A stretch of DNA of 64,000 nt from assembly GCA_001189075.1 (NCBI GenBank), contig LFCN01000006.1, forward strand, positions 81,605 through 145,604, given 5' to 3'. Source of the DNA: Parcubacteria bacterium C7867-004 (lineage in GTDB: Bacteria > Patescibacteriota > Minisyncoccia > Phycocordibacterales > Phycocordibacteraceae). Shown one piece after another: positions 57,464-64,000 of this stretch (position 1 is the first letter of the stretch; each line of letters starts with the position of its first letter). The notes beneath the pieces are model-generated. The model was not told the DNA's origin and did not search any database. It saw only the letters and a list, made by a program, of their open reading frames with translations. Position numbers and translations under genes: made by a program.

Positions 57464-58198
57464 ATGACTCACACCGTACATCCTTACGCGCACCGCCTCG
57501 GCATCATCCGTGACTGGAAGAGCCGTTGGTTTGCTACCGACAAGAAGTCCTTCCGCGAGAACATCGCGGTTGACCAGGCTATCCGTACCTTCTTCAAGAA
57601 GCGCGGGAAGGGCATGCACATCGCTGACGTCGAGATCGAGCGCGGTGCGAACGAGGTTCGTGTGATGATCCACACCGCTCGCCCAGGACTCGTTATCGGA
57701 CGCTCTGGCGAGAACGCAGCAAAGCTTCGCGGCGATCTCTCCCGCATCATCGCGTCGAAGTCGACCGCGAGCACAAAGCCGACGGTTAAGCTCGACATCA
57801 TGGAGATCCGTCAGCCAGAGACCTCCGCTGCGGTCGTGGGTTACCTCGTCGCAGAAGGACTTGAGAAGCGCATGCCATTCCGCCGCGTGCTTAAGGGCAC
57901 CGTGGAGAAGGTCATGGCCGTTCGCGAGGTTATCGGTGTTCGCATCGTGATCTCGGGACGCCTCGGAGGCGCTGACATGTCCCGCACCGAGCAGATCAAG
58001 CGCGGTCGCATCCCGCTTCAGACCTTCCGCGCGAACATCGACTACGCGCAGGTCGAGGCAGTCCTTCCGTACGGCGTTATCGGCATCAAGGTCTGGATCT
58101 ACCTCGGCGAGACCTTCGCAGAGGACGCCGCTAAGCAGGGCGCTCGCCGCGAGCAGGCTCAGCAGCAGCCCCAGATGGCTAACGGCGGTCGCCGATAA
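57464..58198 (+). CDS. rpsC: 30S ribosomal protein S3
   Basis: HP...RLG, RPGLVIG, SGRLGGA and PLQTFRANIDY. Confidence 0.97.
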   Translation: MTHTVHPYAHRLGIIRDWKSRWFATDKKSFRENIAVDQAIRTFFKKRGKGMHIADVEIERGANEVRVMIHTARPGLVIGRSGENAAKLRGDLSRIIASKSTASTKPTVKLDIMEIRQPETSAAVVGYLVAEGLEKRMPFRRVLKGTVEKVMAVREVIGVRIVISGRLGGADMSRTEQIKRGRIPLQTFRANIDYAQVEAVLPYGVIGIKVWIYLGETFAEDAAKQGARREQAQQQPQMANGGRR

Positions 58199-58209
58199 CT
58201 TTCAATACC

Positions 58210-58629
58210 ATGCTATTCCCTAAGAAAGTTAAGCACCGCAAGTGGCAGACCGGACGAAAGAGCCCGGAGCGCCTCGCACGCCCTGATACCCGCGGTATCA
58301 CGGTAGCGTTCGGCAGCTACGGCCTCAAGGCGACCACGCCGTCCCGTGTAACGAGCAACCAGATCGAGGCAGCTCGTAAGGTGCTTACCCGCGCAACCGG
58401 TAAGGGAGGCAAGCTTTGGATCCGCATCTTCCCTGATCGTCCGATTACCAACAAGCCGGCTGAGGTGGGCATGGGTAAGGGTAAGGGAGATCCAAAGCAC
58501 TTCGTCTTCGAGGTGCAGCCGGGCCGCGTGCTGTTCGAGCTCGATGGCGTCGATGACGCGAAGGCCCGTGATGCGATGCGCCGCGCAGGATCGAAGCTCC
58601 CGCTTAAGACGACCGTCGTCACCCGATAA
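58210..58629 (+). CDS. rplP: 50S ribosomal protein L16
   Basis: QIEAAR, WIRIFPD and MGKGKG. Confidence 0.97.
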   Translation: MLFPKKVKHRKWQTGRKSPERLARPDTRGITVAFGSYGLKATTPSRVTSNQIEAARKVLTRATGKGGKLWIRIFPDRPITNKPAEVGMGKGKGDPKHFVFEVQPGRVLFELDGVDDAKARDAMRRAGSKLPLKTTVVTR

Positions 58630-58633
58630 CATC

Positions 58634-58840
58634 ATGGCTACCAAAAAGATTTCATTCAAGGGAACGAAAGCCGAGGAGATAACCAAGCTCCTTGTCGAGA
58701 AGCGCGAAGACCTTCGTCAGCTTCGTTTCGGGGCAGCAGGCGCACGCGGTAAGGACGTCTCACTCCTCGGGAAGACTCGCCGCGACATCGCACGCCTTCT
58801 CACTGAGCAGACCGCGCAGGCTAAGGCGAACAACGCATAA
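58634..58840 (+). CDS. rpmC: 50S ribosomal protein L29
   Basis: LRQLRF...TRRDIARLLT; position between rplP and rpsQ. Confidence 0.9.
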   Translation: MATKKISFKGTKAEEITKLLVEKREDLRQLRFGAAGARGKDVSLLGKTRRDIARLLTEQTAQAKANNA

Positions 58841-58842
58841 TT

Positions 58843-59094
58843 ATGGAAACTACCAATACACCACAGGCTAAGCCGCAGTCCTTCCAGGGAGTCGTCGTAA
58901 AGACGGCCATGAAGGATACTGCTACCGTCGCGGTCTCCCGCTACGTGAAGCACGCCAAGTACAAGAAGTACCAGGTCCGCACGAAGAAGTTCCTCGCGCA
59001 TGATCCGGGAAACACGGTTCAGGTCGGAGACGCGGTAACCATCGTCGCCTGCGCGCCTGTTTCAAAGCGCAAGACGTTCAAGATAGCGAAGTAA
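58843..59094 (+). CDS. rpsQ: 30S ribosomal protein S17
   Basis: GVVV..MKDT, H.KYKK, AHD, GD.V.I and P.SKRK. Confidence 0.95.
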   Translation: METTNTPQAKPQSFQGVVVKTAMKDTATVAVSRYVKHAKYKKYQVRTKKFLAHDPGNTVQVGDAVTIVACAPVSKRKTFKIAK

Positions 59095-59104
59095 TAAATT
59101 ATTT

Positions 59105-59482
59105 ATGGTCCAGCCCCAGACAATCGTCACCGTCGCAGACAACTCAGGCGCTAAAGTAGCGCGCGTCTTCAAGGTGCTGGGCGGGTCGAAGCGTCGCTAC
59201 GCCGAGATCGGCGATGTCGTCGTCGTTTCGGTCCAGACCGCAGAGCCTCGCAAGTCGGTGAAGAAGAAGGATATCTACAAGGCGGTCGTCGTACGCCAGA
59301 AGAAGCCCTTCCGCCGTACTTCCGGTATCTACGTCTCCTTCGATGACAACGCGGTTGTCCTCATCGAGAAGCAGGGTAAGGAGATGGGCCCTAAAGGGAA
59401 CCGCGTCTTTGGTCCAGTACCCCGCGATCTCGTCGAGCGCGGATGGCAGAACATCGCGTCTATTGCGCCTGAAGTCGTCTAA
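59105..59482 (+). CDS. rplN: 50S ribosomal protein L14
   Basis: VADNSGAK, FDDNAVV and RVFGPV. Confidence 0.97.
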   Translation: MVQPQTIVTVADNSGAKVARVFKVLGGSKRRYAEIGDVVVVSVQTAEPRKSVKKKDIYKAVVVRQKKPFRRTSGIYVSFDDNAVVLIEKQGKEMGPKGNRVFGPVPRDLVERGWQNIASIAPEVV

Positions 59483-59493
59483 TCTATTTACGT

Positions 59494-59835
59494 ATGTCCA
59501 AGGCAACACAAGGAAAGCAGACCGCAAAGTTCAAGATCAAGAAAGGCGACACGGTCGTTATCATCTCCGGCAAGGATAAGGGAACCGTTGGAACGGTTGA
59601 GCGTATGATTCCTCAGGAGGCACTCGTCGTCGTCGAGGGTGCAGCACTCGTAAAGCGTCATGTCCGCGGCAAGGCAGGTCAGACCGGCCGCATCGTCGAG
59701 CGCCCTCGCGCAATCGCGATCTCGAACGTCATGCTCCAGGATCCGAAAGAGAAGAAGGGTACCCGCGTCCGGCGCGAGTCTAAGGACGGGAAGAACACCC
59801 GCGTCGCGGTTAAGAGTGGAACCACCCTCTCCTAA
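59494..59835 (+). CDS. rplX: 50S ribosomal protein L24
   Basis: IKKGDTVVIISGKDKG (KOW) and ISNVML. Confidence 0.96.
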   Translation: MSKATQGKQTAKFKIKKGDTVVIISGKDKGTVGTVERMIPQEALVVVEGAALVKRHVRGKAGQTGRIVERPRAIAISNVMLQDPKEKKGTRVRRESKDGKNTRVAVKSGTTLS

Positions 59836-59846
59836 TACCTTTACGT

Positions 59847-60386
59847 ATGATGACCATCAAAGAAAAGCAGGCAGCAGCATTCGATACCCTCAAGGGAGTA
59901 TTCGGCTTCACCAACGTCAACGAGTCTCCAAAGCTCGTTAAGATTACAGTATCGTCTGGCGTCGGAAAGGCGGACAAGGCTCGCAAGGCACTCGTCGAAA
60001 GCCGCCTCGCTCGCATCACCGGCCAGAAGCCGTCAGCACGCCCTTCGAAGCAGTCCATCGCGCAGTTCAAGATGCGTCAGGGTGAGATCGTCGGCTACCA
60101 GGTAACGCTTCGCGGAACCCGGATGCAGGACTTCTTCGACAAGCTGATCCACATCACGCTTCCTCGTACTCGTGACTTCCGCGGCCTTTCGGCTACCGCG
60201 ATCGACGAGATGGGTAACCTCACCATCGGCATCAAGGACCACACCATCTTCCCGGAGACCGCGGACGAGGACCTCAAGGACGTCTTCGGTCTTGCGATCA
60301 CTATCGTGACCACCGCCAAGGACAAGAAGCAGGCAGATGCCTTCTTCCGCCACCTCGGCATCCCGTTCAAGCCTGCGGCTGAATAA
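59847..60386 (+). CDS. rplE: 50S ribosomal protein L5
   Basis: ITGQKP, VTLRG and LPRTRDFRG. Confidence 0.97.
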   Translation: MMTIKEKQAAAFDTLKGVFGFTNVNESPKLVKITVSSGVGKADKARKALVESRLARITGQKPSARPSKQSIAQFKMRQGEIVGYQVTLRGTRMQDFFDKLIHITLPRTRDFRGLSATAIDEMGNLTIGIKDHTIFPETADEDLKDVFGLAITIVTTAKDKKQADAFFRHLGIPFKPAAE

Positions 60387-60490
60387 AACGCATACTCCAC
60401 CCGGCAACACCTCGCGCTCCACGCAGGGTGTTGCTTTTTATTAGGAAGCATCGTTTCATGCGTACGAACTTGCAACGAAAGGAATTACTG

Positions 60491-60955
60491 ATGCAAGCGG
60501 TTCTTTCAGGGACGCGTCTCGAGATAGTGTCCTGGTGTCATCTGCTGCCGGTGCAGATAAAGCTTCCGCACATCCCCATCGATCATGTGCTGTTTCCATC
60601 CGCGAAGGAAGGCTTCGAGGGCTTGTCCATGATGCAAAGCGCGGGCAGGTTCGGTAGCAGGATGGCGCTCGTGGATATTTCCGGCCTCACCTGTAAGGAG
60701 GTGAGGGAGCGGATGAACGCTGATCACGGAGCAGACATGGAAAGGGAGGTCATAGACTTCCTTCGGTGTCTTGAGTTCATTCAGTCGGAGCACTGCGATC
60801 CGTTCCCGTTCGAACGCATCGTAGCCTATATCTCGGGCGCTGATGCGGTTATCGCGGTGCGCAGCGGCACAGGTTTTAGTCGCACGGCGTATCTTGGCCC
60901 GCAAATCCCCTGGGATCCGGGTACTCTGGGGCTATTTTTCATCGACAGTCTCTAG
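60491..60955 (+). CDS. Hypothetical protein inserted between rplE and rpsN
   Basis: ORF with AAAGGA before ATG 60491 (upstream starts possible); a hairpin follows rplE. Confidence 0.55.
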   Translation: MQAVLSGTRLEIVSWCHLLPVQIKLPHIPIDHVLFPSAKEGFEGLSMMQSAGRFGSRMALVDISGLTCKEVRERMNADHGADMEREVIDFLRCLEFIQSEHCDPFPFERIVAYISGADAVIAVRSGTGFSRTAYLGPQIPWDPGTLGLFFIDSL

Positions 60956-61033
60956 TTTCCGCGGACAAGGCCCTGCAGAGAAATCTGTCGGGCTCTTCTT
61001 TTAGAACTGAGTCGAGGGAGTTGGGGTGCAGGT

Positions 61034-61062
61034 TTGACAGCCTATAACCTAGCTGATAGATT
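61034..61062 (+). promoter_or_regulatory. sigma70-type promoter of rpsN-secY
   Basis: TTGACA-17-TAGATT. Confidence 0.75.
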
Positions 61063-61092
61063 ACATGGACGGCTCCCCGGAGCTTTTTCTTT

Positions 61093-61362
61093 ATGGCTAA
61101 AGCCTCACAAATTGCTCGCAACGAGCGCAAGATCAAGACCGTCCTCAAGTACGCCGAAAAGCGTGCGGCTCTCAAGGCTGCCGGCGATTACGAGGGTCTT
61201 CAGAAGCTTCCACGCGATGCCTCCCCGGTACGCGTGAAGAACCGCTGTTCCGTCACCGGACGCGGACGCGGCTTTATGCGCTCGTTCGGGCTCTCCCGCA
61301 TCACCTTCCGCGAGCTCGCTCGCGAGGGCAAGATCCCAGGGGTTAAGAAGGCTTCCTGGTAA
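61093..61362 (+). CDS. rpsN: 30S ribosomal protein S14 (zinc-independent 89-aa type)
   Basis: [19 protein letters not shown] and [20 protein letters not shown]. Confidence 0.96.
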   Translation: MAKASQIARNERKIKTVLKYAEKRAALKAAGDYEGLQKLPRDASPVRVKNRCSVTGRGRGFMRSFGLSRITFRELAREGKIPGVKKASW

Positions 61363-61374
61363 ATTTACGTACTT

Positions 61375-61764
61375 ATGGTTACCGACCGCGTAGGGGATTT
61401 CATCATCCGACTTAAGAATGCAGGAGCTATCGGAAAGACGAGCGTACTCGTCCCGTTCTCAAAGCATGTCGAGGAAATAGCATACAAGCTGAAGAAGCTC
61501 GGCTATGTCGCTGAGGTTTCAAAGGCGAAGGAGCCCTATCACTTCGAGGTTACTCTCGCGTACGACGAGCGCGGCAACCACAAGATCCACGACGTAAAGC
61601 GCGTTTCGAAGCCCGGTCGCCGCCTCTACGTCCCGTCCCACGAAGCGCATACCGTTAAGAACGGCATGGGCTCCCGCCTCATCTCGACTCCGAAGGGCGT
61701 CCTTACTGACGGCGAGGCTCGCAAGGTCCGCGTTGGTGGCGAGAATCTCTTCGAGATCTGGTAA
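61375..61764 (+). CDS. rpsH: 30S ribosomal protein S8
   Basis: D.IIRLKNA, RVSKPGRRLY and STPKGV. Confidence 0.96.
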   Translation: MVTDRVGDFIIRLKNAGAIGKTSVLVPFSKHVEEIAYKLKKLGYVAEVSKAKEPYHFEVTLAYDERGNHKIHDVKRVSKPGRRLYVPSHEAHTVKNGMGSRLISTPKGVLTDGEARKVRVGGENLFEIW

Positions 61765-61775
61765 TTTCATACATC

Positions 61776-62309
61776 ATGTCCCGCCTTGCTAAAAAGCCCA
61801 TCGCTATTCCTTCGAAGGTCACCGTCACTACTGACGGCGGCATCCTTTCCGTGAAGGGAGGCGCAACGACGCTCGCACGCCCGATCCACTCTTCGATCGG
61901 CATCGAGGTAACTCCTGAGGGAATCCTCATTACGCCGAAGAACAGCAGCAAGCTCGCGCATGCCCTTACGGGAACCTTCGCCGCACACACCCGCGCGATG
62001 ATGCAGGGCGTCGAGACCCCATTCAAGAAGGTCCTCATCATGAAGGGTGTGGGATACAAGGTAGAACTCCGCGGACGCGATCTCGTGTTCAATGTCGGTT
62101 TCTCGCACCCGGTAACCCTTACCGTTCCTGAAGGACTCGAGGCTAAGGTTGAGAAGCTCAACATCATCGTCGAAGGCGCTGACAAGCAGAAGGTCGGCCA
62201 GTTCGCCGCAGAGATCCGCGAAGTGAAGCCACCTGAGCCATACCTTGGAAAGGGTATCGCGTACGAAGGTGAGGTGATCCGCCGCAAGCAGGGAAAGAAG
62301 GCTGTCTAA
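61776..62309 (+). CDS. rplF: 50S ribosomal protein L6
   Basis: GVGYK, GFSHPV and PEPYLGKGI. Confidence 0.97.
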   Translation: MSRLAKKPIAIPSKVTVTTDGGILSVKGGATTLARPIHSSIGIEVTPEGILITPKNSSKLAHALTGTFAAHTRAMMQGVETPFKKVLIMKGVGYKVELRGRDLVFNVGFSHPVTLTVPEGLEAKVEKLNIIVEGADKQKVGQFAAEIREVKPPEPYLGKGIAYEGEVIRRKQGKKAV

Positions 62310-62315
62310 ACTATC

Positions 62316-62666
62316 ATGGCTACTACCGCACTCAACAAGAAGGAACTCCGCGATCGCAGGCACCGCCGCGTGCGCGCTCGCGTCACGGGAACCAGCGAGC
62401 GTCCTCGTCTCGCCGTATACAAGTCGAACCGCTTCATCTCGGTGCAGCTTATCGATGACGAGGCAGGCAAGACGCTCGTCGCAGCTCATGGCCGCGCAAC
62501 TGCCGGTTCCATGTCCCTTCAGGCGACTGCAGTGGGCAAGGCAATCGCCGAGTCGGCCAAGAAGGCAGGAATCGACACGGTTGTCTTCGATCGCGGCGGA
62601 TATATCTACGCAGGACAGATCAAGGCGCTCGCTGACAGCGCGCGCGAAGCAGGACTCACTTTCTAA
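62316..62666 (+). CDS. rplR: 50S ribosomal protein L18
   Basis: RPRLAVYKSN and VVFDRGGY. Confidence 0.97.
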   Translation: MATTALNKKELRDRRHRRVRARVTGTSERPRLAVYKSNRFISVQLIDDEAGKTLVAAHGRATAGSMSLQATAVGKAIAESAKKAGIDTVVFDRGGYIYAGQIKALADSAREAGLTF

Positions 62667-62669
62667 TAC

Positions 62670-63284
62670 ATGACTGACACTACGACCATGGACACCGAGA
62701 CGATCGTTCCTGAGACCGCACCGGTAGAGGCTGCGTCCGAGGCGCCAGCAGCTCCTGCGCGTACTCCGTTCCGCGGACGCTCACAGGGCGGCCCTGGCGG
62801 ACGTGGACGCGATGCAGGTCGCGGTCGCGGACCCCGCGCTCCTCGCGAGCGCAGCGAGTTCGAGCAGGCGACCATTGAGGTCCGCCGTGTCGCCCGTGTT
62901 ATGGCGGGAGGCCGTCGCTTCTCCTTCAGCGTTACGGTTGTTATCGGCGACAAGAAGGGACGGGTGGGCGTCGGTATCGGGAAGGGGGCGGACACCGCGC
63001 TCGCTATCGATAAGGCAGTTCGTGATGCCAAGAAGCATCTCATTACCGTTGCTCGAACCAGCGACGGCTCCATCGCTCACGAGGTTTCGATCAAGAACTC
63101 GTCTTCGACCGTTACCATCATCCCGTCTCCTGGTCGCGGTATCGTCGCCGGAAGCGCGATGCGTACCGTGCTTGAGCATGCAGGTGTCACCAACGTCATC
63201 GCGAAGATCCTCACGCGCACCAAGAACAAGCTCACCATCGCTCGCGCGACGGTAGCCGCTCTGAAGAGCGCCCGCGCCCGCTAA
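62670..63284 (+). CDS. rpsE: 30S ribosomal protein S5
   Basis: RV..GGRRFSF.V.VVIGD..G.VG.G.GK. Confidence 0.97.
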   Translation: MTDTTTMDTETIVPETAPVEAASEAPAAPARTPFRGRSQGGPGGRGRDAGRGRGPRAPRERSEFEQATIEVRRVARVMAGGRRFSFSVTVVIGDKKGRVGVGIGKGADTALAIDKAVRDAKKHLITVARTSDGSIAHEVSIKNSSSTVTIIPSPGRGIVAGSAMRTVLEHAGVTNVIAKILTRTKNKLTIARATVAALKSARAR

Positions 63285-63295
63285 TATCAATTTGT

Positions 63296-63748
63296 ATGCA
63301 GTCAAACTCACTCGCTCCTAAGACTCCTCGCATCACGTCCGCTCGCGTCGGACGTGGCGGAACCCGTGGCAAGACCAGCGGTCGCGGCACCAAGGGTCAG
63401 AATGCGCGCGCAGGCCACAAGAAGCGCCCTGAGATGCGCGACCTTCTTAAGAAGCTCCCGAAGCTCCGCGGTCACGGAAAGAACCGTGCTCGCACCGTAC
63501 GCGCGAAGCGCCTCGAGTACGTTCCGGTAAACCTCTCGACGCTCGAGGTAGCGTTCATGGCGGGTGATACGGTTAATCCGGAAACGCTCTACAAGAAGGG
63601 CCTCGTATCCGGTCGCGGCGGAAAGATCGCCTACGTGAAAATCCTCGGTACCGGCACCCTCACCAAGGCGCTGAAGATCAGCGACTGCTCCGCGTCAGAA
63701 GCGGCTAAGACCGCCGTTGAGGCAGCAGGAGGTTCCATCCTCGTCTAA
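63296..63748 (+). CDS. rplO: 50S ribosomal protein L15
   Basis: RVGRG..GKTSGRGTKGQ.AR, VNL and VKILG.G. Confidence 0.96.
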   Translation: MQSNSLAPKTPRITSARVGRGGTRGKTSGRGTKGQNARAGHKKRPEMRDLLKKLPKLRGHGKNRARTVRAKRLEYVPVNLSTLEVAFMAGDTVNPETLYKKGLVSGRGGKIAYVKILGTGTLTKALKISDCSASEAAKTAVEAAGGSILV

Positions 63749-63755
63749 CACTCCG

Positions 63756-64000
63756 ATGATCGAACGCTCTATCCACAAGCTTAAGGTCATCTTCTCGGAT
63801 AGGGTCATCCGGGGACGCATCCTTTTCATACTCGGTGCCTTTGTCGTATTCCGACTGCTTGCTGCTATTCCGATTCCGGGTGTTAACCGCGCGGCGCTCG
63901 AGCAGTTCTTTACGAACAACCAGTTCCTCGGACTTCTCAACATCTTCTCGGGAGGTGGCCTCTCGAGCCTCTCTATCGTGATGCTCGGCGTGGGCCCGTA
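63756..64000 (+). CDS. secY: Preprotein translocase SecY (5' part; truncated by the window)
   Basis: Own translation MIERSIHKLKVIF...RILFILGAFVVFRLLAAIPIPGV...NIFSGGGLSSLSIVMLGVGP; follows rplO. Confidence 0.93.
   Translation, partial: MIERSIHKLKVIFSDRVIRGRILFILGAFVVFRLLAAIPIPGVNRAALEQFFTNNQFLGLLNIFSGGGLSSLSIVMLGVGP

Overview
Core chromosomal segment of a Candidate Phyla Radiation (Patescibacteria, probably Parcubacteria) bacterium using genetic code 11. The assignment rests on the absence of rpmD/L30 between rpsE and rplO, the lack of Shine-Dalgarno (SD) motifs before core genes, a type IV pilus/competence gene set and a TrmB-type regulator. The window holds housekeeping genes (rpsO, xer recombinase, xth, cca, rarA, HU, rny, clpP, ppa, nusA, tpiA, pgk, recJ, RNase HI, sod, rpmB), four tRNAs, a pilB/pilC/minor-pilin locus, a split comEC, a LexA/UmuD-like + Y-family polymerase pair with an SOS-box-like palindrome, and the str-S10-spc ribosomal cluster up to secY. 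No CRISPR array, rRNA, IS element or prophage was seen. Main observations: (1) most core genes look leaderless (a -10 hexamer 6-9 nt before ATG) or SD-less, whereas about ten orphan mini-cassettes carry strong SD motifs, often with their own promoter and terminator, and one encodes an Alphaproteobacteria-type XRE regulator; (2) seven parS-like palindromes, four inside the cca gene, lie in a compositionally odd stretch; (3) the ribosomal superoperon is cut into six promoter-led units by inserted genes; (4) two small orphan proteins end in SsrA-tag-like C-termini; (5) several structured 5' leaders (HU, tuf, rplC, nusA); (6) a secreted lipase with a downstream membrane partner. All calls are by eye; no database searches were run.
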